A DNA stretch of 64,000 nt from an uncultured bacterium (GTDB lineage: Bacteria; Nitrospirota; JACRHL01): positions 14,548 to 78,547 of the forward strand of contig CBDUXI010000005.1 in NCBI GenBank assembly GCA_965371175.1. Reading direction: 5' to 3'. Position 1 is the first letter of the stretch; each line of letters opens with the position of its first letter. This document shows, one piece after another, positions 1-8,733 of this stretch. A model generated the notes under the pieces. The model searched no databases, was not told where the DNA came from, and was given only the letters and a program-made list of their open reading frames with translations. Both the position numbers and the translations under genes were made by a program.

Positions 1-401
1 TCGTAGTGGGCCAGCCAGTCCACCATCAGATGGTCCTGCTCGCTGGGTTTATGGCGGATATCCATCAGCACCACCACCAGCTTGAGCTGTTTCCGGTTTT
101 TCAGATAGGTTTCGATGCGCTCCCGCCATTTGTTTTTTTCCGAGAGCGGCACTTTTGCGAAGCCATAGCCGGGCAGATCGACCACATGAAAGCGGTCGTT
201 GATGAGGAAAAAATTGATCTCCCGGGTCTTGCCCGGCGTGCTGCTGGTGCGGGCCAGTTTTTTGCGATTTAAGAGCGCGTTGATGAGGGTGGACTTGCCC
301 ACGTTGGAGCGGCCCACGAACGCCACTTCGGGGAGTTCCGCCTTGGGGTACCCGGCCGGGGAGACCGCACCGGAAATAAACGTGGCGTCCTTTATCTTCA
401 A
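1..401 (-). CDS. engB: Ribosome-biogenesis GTPase EngB/YihA, N-terminal ~133 aa; the 3' end runs off the window
   Basis: Not in the ORF track because it is edge-truncated with a TTG start at 401. My reverse-strand translation reads [65 protein letters not shown]...[11 protein letters not shown]. The P-loop [12 protein letters not shown] and DLPGYG motifs are typical of EngB. Confidence 0.85.
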   Translation of the reverse strand, partial: MKIKDATFISGAVSPAGYPKAELPEVAFVGRSNVGKSTLINALLNRKKLARTSSTPGKTREINFFLINDRFHVVDLPGYGFAKVPLSEKNKWRERIETYLKNRKQLKLVVVLMDIRHKPSEQDHLMVDWLAHY

Positions 402-408
402 TGCGAGG

Positions 409-1467
409 CTACCGCACCAGATACGGTTCCGGGTCCACGTCCGGATCCTGCAGGCGCCACAGGTCGGCAGGGGCCACGGCCCCGCGTTCGGTGACGATGG
501 CGCGGATCAGGCTGGCCGGGGTGACATCGAAAGCGGGGTTAAAGGTTTTGACCCCATCGGGGGCAATTTGAGTTTGCCCGAATACATGGGTGATTTCGGT
601 GCCGTCCCGCTGTTCGATGGGGATCAGATCGCCGCTGGCCATGTCAAAATCCACCGTGGACAGGGGCGCGGCCACATAAAACGGAATGTTGTGGGCCTTG
701 GCCAGCAGGGCCACGCCGTAGGTGCCGATCTTGTTGGCGGCGTCGCCGTTTCTGGCGATGCGGTCGGCCCCCACCACCACCGACTGGATCATCCCCTGCT
801 GCATGACGTAGGCGGCCATGTTGTCGGTGATCAGGGTCACGTCGATGTTATCTTGCATCAACTCCCACGCGGTCAGCCTTGCCCCTTGCAGCACCGGGCG
901 GGTTTCGTCGGCATAGGCCATCAGGGTGCGCCCGGCTTCCACCGCGCCGCGAATGACGCCCAGGGCGGTGCCGTAGCCGGCGGTGGCCAGGGCTCCGGCG
1001 TTGCAGTGGGTGAGCACGCCGCCGTCGGGCAGCAGATGCGCGCCGCTTTTACCGATGGCCTTGCAGGTGGCGATGTCGTCGTCCAGCATGGTTTGCGACT
1101 CGTCCACCAGCATGGTTTTGAGGGTGGCCACCGGCTCGGCCTTGTGCGCCTCCACAAACGCCAGCATGCGCCCCACCGCCCACGACAGATTGACGGCGGT
1201 GGGGCGTTGCGAAATGAGCATGTCGCCCACTTTTTTCAGTTCCGTAGCAAATGCATTATGATTGTCTTCCGGCAGGTTTTTTGCCCCCAGGGCCATGCCC
1301 ATGGCGGCGGCCACACCGATGGCGGGGGCGCCGCGCACCCACAGATCCTTGATGCCTTTGGCCACGGTTTCGGCATCCGCGCAGGTGTTGTAGGTGACTT
1401 CGATGGGCAGCCGGGTTTGATCCAGCATTTCCACGTTGCCGTCTTTCCAGTACAGGGTCGGGGTCAT
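409..1467 (-). CDS. mtnA: Methylthioribose-1-phosphate isomerase (eIF-2B alpha/beta/delta-like family)
   Basis: 352-aa ORF. The N-terminus [31 protein letters not shown] and [17 protein letters not shown] are characteristic of MtnA. Confidence 0.85.
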   Translation of the reverse strand: MTPTLYWKDGNVEMLDQTRLPIEVTYNTCADAETVAKGIKDLWVRGAPAIGVAAAMGMALGAKNLPEDNHNAFATELKKVGDMLISQRPTAVNLSWAVGRMLAFVEAHKAEPVATLKTMLVDESQTMLDDDIATCKAIGKSGAHLLPDGGVLTHCNAGALATAGYGTALGVIRGAVEAGRTLMAYADETRPVLQGARLTAWELMQDNIDVTLITDNMAAYVMQQGMIQSVVVGADRIARNGDAANKIGTYGVALLAKAHNIPFYVAAPLSTVDFDMASGDLIPIEQRDGTEITHVFGQTQIAPDGVKTFNPAFDVTPASLIRAIVTERGAVAPADLWRLQDPDVDPEPYLVR

Positions 1468-1475
1468 TTTGGTCC

Positions 1476-2471
1476 TTATGCGCGGTGGGACATGGATTTG
1501 GAGTTTTGCTTGGGATTCTGGTTGTACAGATCACGCTTGGGCTGCTCGTCGGGCGGGCGGCTTTTCCAGCGTTTGTGGCTCCACAGCCACATTTCCGGGT
1601 GTTCGATGATCATCTGTTCCAGAGTTTCCAGACACTTTTGGGTGGTGTCCCGGATATCGGCGGCCTTGTCTTTGGTGCGGTGCGCATGGATGGCGGGCAA
1701 AAAGTGGCCGATGTAGGTGCCGTCGCCGTTGGGCATGCAGGAAAAAGCGATGATGGGTGCGCCGCTTGCGCGCGACAGGGCGGCCAGGGTATCGGCGGTG
1801 CCCGCCTCGATGCCGAAAAACGGTACGAAAATCCCCTGGGAAAAATTCTGGTCGATGGCAAGGCCGACGATCTCGCCGCGCTTCAGCGCCGTCAGGGTCT
1901 TGCGCACGGCCCCTTCCTTGTAAATCACACGATTGCCGGTGACGGTGCGCAGGCGTTCGATAAACGGGTTGGCCCAGGCCGACTGGCGCTTGGCCACGGC
2001 GTTGATCGGAGCCAGGTCCATGAACGACATGGCGGCGCCCATGAGTTCCCAGTTGCCGTAGTGGGAAAACATGACCAGCGCGCCGTTGCCCTTCTTCAAG
2101 TGCTCGCGAAAGGCGATCAGGTCTTCCTCGGGTATGTGGAGCATGTCGCGCCAGTTGTCGTGGGTCAGGCGGGGGATCAGGGCAAATGCATCGAACAGGC
2201 ATTCGCCGAAATTCTGAAAGCTCTTTAATGCCACCTCTTGCTTGCGAGCGGCGGTCATGCTGTCGCCGAACGCCAGGTCCAGGTTGATCTGCGCCGCCTG
2301 CCGCCTTTTGGCGTGCCGTTTCGCCGCCAGCGTACCGATCCAGTGGGCCAGCCCACGGCGCATGCGCCACGGCATGATGCGCAGGGAAAAAATGACCGGG
2401 GCCGTCAGCATGGCCTTGATGACGCCCCCGAAAGAGCGGCGTTCGTGATGTGATTGGGTGTGGGAACTCAA
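1476..2471 (-). CDS. Lipid A biosynthesis lauroyl/myristoyl acyltransferase family protein (LpxL/HtrB-like LPLAT)
   Basis: 331 aa with an HX4E acyltransferase motif (SHYGNWE) and a C-terminal WLWSHKRWK box typical of the HtrB/MsbB family. Confidence 0.7.
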   Translation of the reverse strand: MSSHTQSHHERRSFGGVIKAMLTAPVIFSLRIMPWRMRRGLAHWIGTLAAKRHAKRRQAAQINLDLAFGDSMTAARKQEVALKSFQNFGECLFDAFALIPRLTHDNWRDMLHIPEEDLIAFREHLKKGNGALVMFSHYGNWELMGAAMSFMDLAPINAVAKRQSAWANPFIERLRTVTGNRVIYKEGAVRKTLTALKRGEIVGLAIDQNFSQGIFVPFFGIEAGTADTLAALSRASGAPIIAFSCMPNGDGTYIGHFLPAIHAHRTKDKAADIRDTTQKCLETLEQMIIEHPEMWLWSHKRWKSRPPDEQPKRDLYNQNPKQNSKSMSHRA

Positions 2472-2601
2472 GGTGTTTTTGTAAGCAGCAACGTATTTTT
2501 GTAAACAGATGGTCAGTCAGGGAACTCATCGCCGTGATGGCGCGTCCTAAGCAGCCAGATATTGTAGCAGACCCCCTTCGAGTCGCGGGCGGCTTCCAGG
2601 G

Positions 2602-2743
2602 GGCACCACTAAAAACCGTCGTGAGCAGTCCGATTGCTGCGTTGGGCGGTGCTCTTGCCCCTCGCCTATCACATGATATGTCTCGGGTTCTGCGCTCCGT
2701 CCGCCTTGCACTCGAACCGCTCACGACGGTTTTTAGAGGTGCC
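2602..2743. repeat. Long inverted repeat: 25-nt arms (24/25 complementary) separated by 92 nt, immediately 3' of the comEC stop
   Basis: ggcaccactaaaaaccgtcgtgagc (2602-2626) is the reverse complement of gctcacgacggtttttagaggtgcc (2719-2743) with one mismatch. It lies in the 273-nt comEC / lpxL-like spacer. Confidence 0.8.
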
Positions 2744-2744
2744 C

Positions 2745-5228
2745 TTAAAGTGGCGCTTGCCGCCACAGGCTGCCGGGGGCCAGCAGCCGCACACCGTTCC
2801 GGTACTCCCCGGCCAGAGGCAGCCCTGCCCACGGGGCCAGCCGCGCCATACGTAACTCACGGGCGGTGACGACCTTCAGGTGGATGCCGTCGGAGGTCAT
2901 CATGACCGCCCCGTCCGACGCGGTGACATGGGTGGGGATGCCGTGTTTTTTGTATGCATCCTGCACCTTTTTGTGGGGGTGGCGATACGGGTTGCCCGGC
3001 CCCGCGCTGATGACTGCCAGACGGGGGGCGACCCGGGTCAGAAACGCATCGGTGCTGGAACTCGACGATCCGTGGTGGGGTACCTTGAGCACCGTGGCGG
3101 CAAGGGTTTCCCCGGTACGCACCAGCTCGTCTTCCGCCGCCTGTTCGATATCTCCGGCAAACAGGAATGAGTGGTTGCCGTACTGCAGCCGCAGCACTAC
3201 CGACCGGTCGTTTTCCGACAGGCTTTCCAGGCTGTTTTGGGCCGGGTGCAGCACGACGGTGGCGACCCCCGGCAGGGGGGCAAAATCGCTGCCTTTGTGA
3301 ACGGTTTGGGCGTGGGACTGCTGCGCCTTTAACGTGGCGTGAAAGACGTCGTCAAAACGGGTGCCACGGCGGCGCACGCCGTTGGTATAGACGCCTGCCG
3401 TGGCAAAGCGTTCGGCCACGTAGGAAAGCCCTCCCTGATGATCGATCTGCGGGTGGGTGGCCAGCAGCGCCGGACGGTCGATGCCCTGTTGCCACAGGTA
3501 CGGGGCCACCGCCAGCCGCCCCAGATCGAACCGGCCCACGCGGGTGCCGCCGTCGATCACCAGGGTAGCCCCGTCGGGGCCGGTGATGATGGTGCTGTCG
3601 CCCTGCGCCACATCCAGAAAGGTGACTTTCAATTCACCCGTGGCGGGCGTGGGGTGCAGGGCCAGCAGCCAGACCACGGGCAGGATGATGGCCCCGGTGA
3701 GCGCCGCTCTGGTGTCTGCCCGGCCCCGTCCCAGAAGCAGCAGCACGGCCACGGCGTAGGTGCCCGCCACCAGCATCAAGGGCGGCGACGGCACATGGGT
3801 GAGGGCGGCGGGCCACGTGGCAAAAAAATCGGCCCCGGAGATGAAGCCCGCGGACAGCGTCTCTACCCACTCGGAAAAAGGCAGGGTGCCGAAGGCGGGG
3901 CTAAGCACGGCAGAAACCAGAAATACCGGCAGCAGCACAAACCCCAATATGGGCAGTAGCACCAGATTGGCAAAAAATCCGGGCCAGGCCACCTGCCCGA
4001 AATGAAACGCCACCAACGGCGCGGTGGCAAGCCCCGCCGCTACGGTAACGCCCACGGACCCCACCGCCCAGCGCCGGATGCGCTGATCCGGTTCGGTCAG
4101 CTTTTCCAGCAGCGGCGGCAGTACCAGCAAAATGGCCAGCACCGCCGCAAACGAAAGCTGGAACGAGGCGGTGCCCAGCGCTCCCGGATCGGCCAGCAAA
4201 ATCAAAATCGCCGCCAGCCCCAGCCCGGTGGGGGCGTGGGCATCTCTTCTTGCAAGCAGCGCCAGCATGACCAGCCACACCATCACCAGCGCCCGCAGGG
4301 TGGGGGTGTGGCCGCCGGAGAGCAGGGCGTAGCCGGTGACGGCCACAAGGGAGAAAACCCCCGCGATCTGCCGGGGGGTGATGCGGGCAGTCAGGCGCAC
4401 CAAAATCGAATACGGCAGCACGGTAATCAATCCCCGCACCAGCATAAACACCACTCCCGCCACCAGCCCCAGGTGGGTGCCGGAGATGGCCAGCACATGG
4501 GCCAGCCCCGCTGCCTGAAACCGCTCCCGCAGCGATTGGGACACCCCTCTGGCATCGCCAATGGCCAGCGCGGTCACCAGCGATGCGGCCTCCGGCGGCA
4601 GGGCGGCGTGAATGGCGGTTTTCATGCGGGAACGCCAGTCGTGGATGAAAGCGAACCCGGCAAGACTGGATGCCCCTTCCCGGACCACTTCTGTTTTGCG
4701 TGACAGGCTGATGCGGCTGTGGATGCCCTGCCGCCACATATAGGCGGCATAGTCGAAGCCGCCGGGATTGTTCAGCCCAGTAATGGGACGCAGGGTGACG
4801 GTGGCGGTAAACCGGTCGCCGTAGGTGAGCGGCGGCTCTCCCTTGTTCAGATAGTGATTTACCCGCACGCGGCCCGAGGCCGGGCGCATCTGATCACCTG
4901 ATCCAGTGGCAACGGCCTGAGCGATAAAACGGGATTTGCTGCCGGTGGTTTCCGGCAACTCCGCCACCATCAAGGTGACGGCCAGGCGCTGGCCGTTCAG
5001 GTGCCCGATGTTGTCACTGGGCACATGCCAGTAGTGAAACTGGCCGTACAGCACAGAAACCAGCAGCAGCGCATACAGCCCGTGGGCGGCCCGCCCGCGG
5101 CCTGCTGCAAACAGACCGATCAACCCGATCACGACGGATGTGACGACGGGAAAATAGCTGTACGCCTCGGACAGGGAAAGCCCTGCGGCAAAGACAATCG
5201 CAATGGTGAGGATCAGGTAGTGCCGCAT
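2745..5228 (-). CDS. comEC: DNA internalisation-related competence protein ComEC/Rec2 with C-terminal metallo-beta-lactamase domain
   Basis: 827-aa polytopic membrane protein. C-terminal MBL motifs are ATHPQIDHQGG and LKVPHHGS. Confidence 0.85.
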   Translation of the reverse strand: MRHYLILTIAIVFAAGLSLSEAYSYFPVVTSVVIGLIGLFAAGRGRAAHGLYALLLVSVLYGQFHYWHVPSDNIGHLNGQRLAVTLMVAELPETTGSKSRFIAQAVATGSGDQMRPASGRVRVNHYLNKGEPPLTYGDRFTATVTLRPITGLNNPGGFDYAAYMWRQGIHSRISLSRKTEVVREGASSLAGFAFIHDWRSRMKTAIHAALPPEAASLVTALAIGDARGVSQSLRERFQAAGLAHVLAISGTHLGLVAGVVFMLVRGLITVLPYSILVRLTARITPRQIAGVFSLVAVTGYALLSGGHTPTLRALVMVWLVMLALLARRDAHAPTGLGLAAILILLADPGALGTASFQLSFAAVLAILLVLPPLLEKLTEPDQRIRRWAVGSVGVTVAAGLATAPLVAFHFGQVAWPGFFANLVLLPILGFVLLPVFLVSAVLSPAFGTLPFSEWVETLSAGFISGADFFATWPAALTHVPSPPLMLVAGTYAVAVLLLLGRGRADTRAALTGAIILPVVWLLALHPTPATGELKVTFLDVAQGDSTIITGPDGATLVIDGGTRVGRFDLGRLAVAPYLWQQGIDRPALLATHPQIDHQGGLSYVAERFATAGVYTNGVRRRGTRFDDVFHATLKAQQSHAQTVHKGSDFAPLPGVATVVLHPAQNSLESLSENDRSVVLRLQYGNHSFLFAGDIEQAAEDELVRTGETLAATVLKVPHHGSSSSSTDAFLTRVAPRLAVISAGPGNPYRHPHKKVQDAYKKHGIPTHVTASDGAVMMTSDGIHLKVVTARELRMARLAPWAGLPLAGEYRNGVRLLAPGSLWRQAPL

Positions 5229-5330
5229 GCCCCTTGCGTCTGGTGAGTGGGTGTCTCAAACCGGTCACGACCCGAGGGGGGAAGGTAGCAGAATGGCGGG
5301 GCGGGTGGCTATGGGGAAAGATAAAAAAGA

Positions 5331-5339
5331 GGGGGGGGG
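5331..5339. repeat. Homopolymeric G9 tract (C9 on the coding strand of the flanking genes)
   Basis: gggggggggc at 5331-5340, preceded by aaaaaa. It sits directly after the stop of the 5340-6467 ORF and ~105 nt upstream of the comEC start. Confidence 0.9.
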
Positions 5340-6467
5340 CTATTGGACCGCTTGTGCGGCGGCTTGCTCCTGAAGCTCCTCAAGCCACGCCTGCCAGCGG
5401 GCGACGCCCTTGGCGCGTTTTTTCTTGCTGGCGTTCGGGTCAAAGCCGTGGTCGGTGCCTGCCATTTCCGTCAGTAACGTCACCGCATACCAGCGGGCGA
5501 CCGGGCTGTTTGATTCGAGGGCGGGGATCAGTTTTTCGCCATCCTCTGCCAGCATGCTGGCACGGTTTTCCGACCACCATTCAGTCAGCAGAACGGTCAG
5601 TTCAGGAGCTTTCTTTTCATGAGTAATTCTCGGGCGGGGAAGATCATTTTCACTCGCCTTGGATAATATTTGCTGAGTGGCGTAATAAATAGTCCTGCCC
5701 TGTAGGGTCGGTGAAGTATTCAGTACGCGGATTGCGGCTACGATGGACACACTGTGTGGCAAGGCTCTGAGGAGTCTACGGACGACGCAACCTTGCGCAT
5801 GAAGGTTTGGATCGTTCAGCAACGGTAATATGTAGGCTATATTTGCCATATGCCGGTCATATACATCTGGCAGTATGTCGACGAGGGTTTGGGGTACCTG
5901 AACCCAACACGTCATATACCGGACGAAAGGGGTGGGTGACGTGACCATTTTACGGAAGACGGTGTGTGCCGCTTCGGCACTTTTTGCCTGCTCCAGAGCG
6001 ACCAGTGCCCGGGTGGCTTCCTCCACCGCATCCACTTTAAGATCGGGAAATAAGACTATCTGGGGCTCCCCCGTGGAACTCGGCAAGACCAGGAACTTAT
6101 TGGTTTTGTAAATTTTGTTTTCCACCACATCATCTGCCAACAGGACCAACCGCTCTCCGTCCTGATAATGGGCAGCCCACCTCGAGGGGTCATGCTGGTG
6201 GCCCTGAGAGACAATTTGGTAATTACCCGACATTTCCCCCTTGATAGACTCCTGAACCCGAAACTCGATCACTTGATCACTTCCGCGGTGCAGGGTGCCG
6301 ACTGCGATGAAGGGGTGCCCGCTTGTTGTTGGCGGCAATATGGGTTGGTTGAAAATTATCATGGCGGAAGCAGGCAGGCTGCCAGCCATCATCACCCCCA
6401 TCGCGCACAGCCACACGATGGCCCACTTCCACAACCGGGCACCTGTAAGGCGGCATCGAGTCAGCAT
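5340..6467 (-). CDS. Hypothetical secreted protein (ORFan, AT-richer than its neighbours)
   Basis: I trimmed the track ORF 5340..6776 to the ATG at 6467. This gives a signal-peptide-like N-terminus, MLTRCRLTGARLWKWAIVWLCAMGVMMAGSLPASA. The upstream 100 codons lie in the intergenic repeat and overlap the cytochrome gene. I recognised no family motif. Confidence 0.55.
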   Translation of the reverse strand: MLTRCRLTGARLWKWAIVWLCAMGVMMAGSLPASAMIIFNQPILPPTTSGHPFIAVGTLHRGSDQVIEFRVQESIKGEMSGNYQIVSQGHQHDPSRWAAHYQDGERLVLLADDVVENKIYKTNKFLVLPSSTGEPQIVLFPDLKVDAVEEATRALVALEQAKSAEAAHTVFRKMVTSPTPFVRYMTCWVQVPQTLVDILPDVYDRHMANIAYILPLLNDPNLHAQGCVVRRLLRALPHSVSIVAAIRVLNTSPTLQGRTIYYATQQILSKASENDLPRPRITHEKKAPELTVLLTEWWSENRASMLAEDGEKLIPALESNSPVARWYAVTLLTEMAGTDHGFDPNASKKKRAKGVARWQAWLEELQEQAAAQAVQ

Positions 6468-6474
6468 ATTGGAA

Positions 6475-6617
6475 TCCCCCATAATAAAAACCATAAAGGC
6501 GGTGGAGATTGCGGCAGATGCAAGGCGCGTGAAGGGCAAAAACCGGAGGCGTAGCGACGCTACGTTGAGGATTTTTTCCCGAGCGGCAACGAAGCAGGTG
6601 CCGTGATATCCGCCGCC
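6475..6617 (-). repeat. Copy A of a ~140-nt intergenic repeat, element orientation minus
   Basis: The reverse complement of 6475-6617 aligns by eye over its whole length with 55877-56016. Shared blocks are ggcggcggatat, ttcgttgc, cctcaacgtagc..gctacgcctc, cacgcgcct and atctccaccgcct. Identity is roughly three quarters. Confidence 0.75.
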
Positions 6618-6618
6618 T

Positions 6619-7323
6619 TTACTTGTCGTGGCAAACCAGGCATAAGTTCGGCGGCATCTGGCGCAGATACGGAGCCACCGTGTTGTCGTGGGGATTGTGG
6701 CAGCTTTCGCAGTGCAGCTTGCCGTCCCGGCTGCGGACCGCATTGGCGATCCGGTGGGCTTCGTCCATATCGGCAAGGTTTTGATGGGGAGAGGTGGGGC
6801 CGGTGGGCATCAGCAGTGCGCCGCCCGCAATATCGGGGATGGAAAAGAACTGGCGGTTCTGGGGCAGGGGCGTGGCCACCACGAATGTTCCCGCCTCGTT
6901 GCGCGGATAGGTGATCTGCACCGGATGGTCCGGGTGGTTGCTGCCGCCTTTTTCCGGGATCACCTCGGTATCCGGCTGGGTAACCCCCTTGGCCAGCACC
7001 CCGTCGTGGCACGACAGGCACGACTGGGTGGTATCGCCGTTCATCGGGTCTGTCCCCACCAGAAACGTGCCGTCCACCGTGCCGCCGCCCCACATGGGCT
7101 GGATGGACAGCAGTTTTTCCTCTTCGGTCAGATCGGCTTGTTCTTCCGGCAGGTGGCAGCCGATGCACGACTCGGCGGCGGTTTCGGCACCAGTGACGTT
7201 ATGGCTGGTGGCGACCACGGTATCGTACGGGGTGGTCTCTTCCGCTGCCTGGGCGGGGGCTGCGCCCCACATGACAACGATTGCCAGCGCGGCAAGCAGC
7301 ACCGTTTTTTGCGCAGGTTTCAT
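6619..7323 (-). CDS. Periplasmic tetrahaem c-type cytochrome
   Basis: 234 aa with signal peptide [26 protein letters not shown] and four CXXCH motifs (CIGCH, CLSCH, CESCH, CLVCH). Confidence 0.85.
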   Translation of the reverse strand: MKPAQKTVLLAALAIVVMWGAAPAQAAEETTPYDTVVATSHNVTGAETAAESCIGCHLPEEQADLTEEEKLLSIQPMWGGGTVDGTFLVGTDPMNGDTTQSCLSCHDGVLAKGVTQPDTEVIPEKGGSNHPDHPVQITYPRNEAGTFVVATPLPQNRQFFSIPDIAGGALLMPTGPTSPHQNLADMDEAHRIANAVRSRDGKLHCESCHNPHDNTVAPYLRQMPPNLCLVCHDK

Positions 7324-8705
7324 TAACTACCTCCGCTTTTGGCCTTGGGCCGGTCTTCGCCCACATGCGCGAGAATGGTGTCCAGCATCTCTTTGGCCAG
7401 TTTTTTGATTTCGGCCTCGTTTTGCCCTTCCAGCATCACCCGCACCAGCGGCTCGGTGCCGGAATAGCGCACTAAAATGCGGCCGTCGTCCCCCAGTTTG
7501 TCTTCGATGGCCTGTTGGCAGGCGGCCACTTCCGGGATGCTGTCCAGATCCACCCGTTCGGAAACCCGTCCGCCGATCAGCACCTGGGGCAGGGGGGTCA
7601 TGCAGTCGGTCATTTTGGACAGGGTGCTGTTAGCGCGCCGCATAAAGTAGGCCACCTGCAGGGCGGTAAGCAGGCCGTCGCCGGTGAGGTTGTGCTCTAA
7701 AAAGATGATGTGCCCGGACTGTTCGCCGCCGAAGGTGAACCCTTCGGAGAGCATGCGCTCCAGCACGTACCGGTCGCCCACCTGGGTGCGGACGGTGTCG
7801 ATGCCATGCTCTTTCATGGCCAACTCCAGCCCCAGATTGCTCATGACCGTGGTGACCAGGGTGTTTTTGGCCAGTCGCCCGTCATTTTTGAGCTCGATGG
7901 CGCACATGGCCATGATGCGGTCGCCGTCGATCAGGTTGCCGTTCTCGTCGGCAAACAGCACCCGGTCGGCATCGCCGTCGTGGGCCAGGCCAAAGTGGGC
8001 ACCGTGTTCCACCACCGCTGCCTGCATCAATTCCGGGTGCAGACAGCCGCAGCCGGCGTTGATGTTGGTGCCGTTGGGCTTGACCCCCAGGGGAATCACC
8101 TCGGCCCCCAACTCTTCAAAGACGATGGGCGATACCCGATAGGCCGCGCCGTGGCCGCAGTCCACCACGACCTTGAGGCCGGAAAAGTCGAACCCCTTGG
8201 GCAGGCTGGCCTTGACGAATTCGATGTAGCGGCCCACCGAGTCTTCAATCTTGCTCACCTTGCCGATGTCGGTGGCGGTGGGGCGGATGGCGTCGATCTC
8301 GCCGGAAAAGATCAGCCGTTCGATCTCCCGTTCCATGTGGTCGGGCAGCTTAAGGCCGTCGCGGGAGAAAAATTTGATGCCGTTGTCTTCGTAGGAATTG
8401 TGGGAGGCGGAAATCACCACCCCGGCGTCGGCCCGCATGCTTTTGGTAATCACCGAAATGGCCGGGGTGGGCATGGGACCCACCAGATTCACGTCCACCC
8501 CCATGGAGCAGATGCCGGAGGTGAGGGCGGATTCCAGCATATAGCCGGACAGACGGGTGTCCTTGCCGATGACGATTTTGTGGCGACCGTCCCGGTTTTT
8601 AAACAGGTGCGCGATGGCCCGGCCCAGCTTCAGGGCCATTTCGCTGGTCATCGGGTCGACATTCGCGACACCGCGAATGCCGTCGGTTCCAAACAGTTTG
8701 CGCAA
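7323..8705 (-). CDS. glmM: Phosphoglucosamine mutase
   Basis: 460 aa with [15 protein letters not shown] and the phosphoserine loop [15 protein letters not shown]. Confidence 0.95.
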   Translation of the reverse strand: MRKLFGTDGIRGVANVDPMTSEMALKLGRAIAHLFKNRDGRHKIVIGKDTRLSGYMLESALTSGICSMGVDVNLVGPMPTPAISVITKSMRADAGVVISASHNSYEDNGIKFFSRDGLKLPDHMEREIERLIFSGEIDAIRPTATDIGKVSKIEDSVGRYIEFVKASLPKGFDFSGLKVVVDCGHGAAYRVSPIVFEELGAEVIPLGVKPNGTNINAGCGCLHPELMQAAVVEHGAHFGLAHDGDADRVLFADENGNLIDGDRIMAMCAIELKNDGRLAKNTLVTTVMSNLGLELAMKEHGIDTVRTQVGDRYVLERMLSEGFTFGGEQSGHIIFLEHNLTGDGLLTALQVAYFMRRANSTLSKMTDCMTPLPQVLIGGRVSERVDLDSIPEVAACQQAIEDKLGDDGRILVRYSGTEPLVRVMLEGQNEAEIKKLAKEMLDTILAHVGEDRPKAKSGGS

Positions 8706-8733
8706 GGTGGGGGAGGCTCCTTGTCAGGACGTA

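Noticed and set aside
199-1716. 505-aa plus-strand ORF antisense to mtnA and the lpxL-like gene
   Set aside because: It has Gly/Arg/His/Pro-rich junk composition typical of antisense frames in high-GC DNA and no motifs. The opposite strand encodes clearly recognisable MtnA.
1531-2832. 433-aa minus-strand ORF running out of frame through the lpxL-like gene and the inverted-repeat spacer
   Set aside because: It has Arg/Pro/Gly-rich composition and no family signature. It overlaps a well-supported gene in another frame.
6468-6776. N-terminal 103 codons of the track ORF 5340..6776
   Set aside because: This stretch covers the intergenic repeat and overlaps the cytochrome c gene. A signal-peptide-like start exists at 6467, and the second repeat copy differs by frame-breaking indels, so the stretch is not coding.
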